Shown piece after piece: positions 63,207 through 64,000 of a stretch of DNA of 64,000 nucleotides. The stretch spans positions 182,902,001 through 182,966,000 of the forward strand of contig NC_058368.1 of assembly GCF_018350175.1 (NCBI RefSeq). Reading direction: 5' to 3'. A model generated the notes under the pieces. It was not told the DNA's origin. It worked only from the letters and a program-made list of their open reading frames with translations, and made no database searches. The stretch comes from Felis catus (Eukaryota). The position numbers and the translations under genes were made by a program. Every line of letters begins with the position of its first letter. Positions within the stretch are counted from its first letter, which is position 1.

Positions 63207-64000
63207 ATCACAAAGTCGAGTGAACAGCCAATCAAGATATTATAGGATTGAAGATGTGGTTACCTACAAACATTTAAAAATCAATAAATATGATATATGT
63301 AAATTTTATTACAGATATTTTGTCAATGTCTATGTCAATAGAAAAAAAAAACTTTGTACAAGTTGGCATCTTGCAAAACAGATATGGTAGAGACTCCATG
63401 AGTAAGACATGCAGATATATGCAATATAAATTCATAATTAAAAAAAAACACTTCAGAAATGCCAATATAATATAAGCAAAATAGCATATTTGGAACTTTA
63501 GATGTATTGGATAACCTATAAAAAACATGGAACCAAGGACAGGTGAACATTTAAGACATCATATGAACAGGCAATAAAACAGGATAGAAGCACGTTAGTC
63601 ACATGAATTTTTAATTTTTTTGTTTGAAAGCAGAACACTGGGTCCACTCTTTACCACCAATAGGAACAGGATATTAGTTCCTTTCTTTAAAAAATGGGTT
63701 TTTAAGAGTAGTGACAATAAAGAAAATGTTCATAATCTTACTTTTTGTTTAATTCTCTTAAATTCTATCTTTAAAACAAAAGAAAGAAATGTGAAGTAAG
63801 GCTGTAGACTCTAAAATGTCTTGGTATTGCTGACGTATCCGGCAACGAGGATTAATGAGAAAATATTTGCAGCCACCAGAAACTACATGCTACTCCGTGA
63901 TATGTTAAGCTTCACATCCCATTTGAGGCCATTTAAATGGTAACAGAGTGAAGCTGAGTCGATAGGCTGTTAAAAATTCTTCATTAACTCTTCATTCTTT

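Overview
Non-coding mammalian genomic DNA, almost certainly from a cat-family (feliform) genome, judged from 17 tRNA-derived Can-SINEs of the SINEC_Fc type and a feline-type LINE-1. It is AT-rich and dominated by transposable elements: a near full-length but disrupted L1 (52612-58437, minus, with a 15-bp TSD) nested in an old L1M, a 3'-deleted carnivore L1, L2 and MIR relics, MaLR/ERV1/ERVL LTR relics, hAT DNA transposons and microsatellites. I can support no intact protein-coding gene; the listed ORFs are TE remnants, low-complexity sequence or chance. I found no evidence of a new biological system. The most notable items are a ~322-bp AT-rich near-palindrome with nested duplication (49032-49353), an ancient Deu-domain AmnSINE-like element (~14510-14872), a ~4.3-kb TE-free block with retained CpGs and minus-strand splice signals (possible alternative promoter or 5' exons of an unidentified gene), a chimeric SINE, a SINE at an L1 deletion junction, and a CTCF-like site. 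Repeat family names come from recalled consensus features, not database searches, and boundaries of old repeats are approximate.
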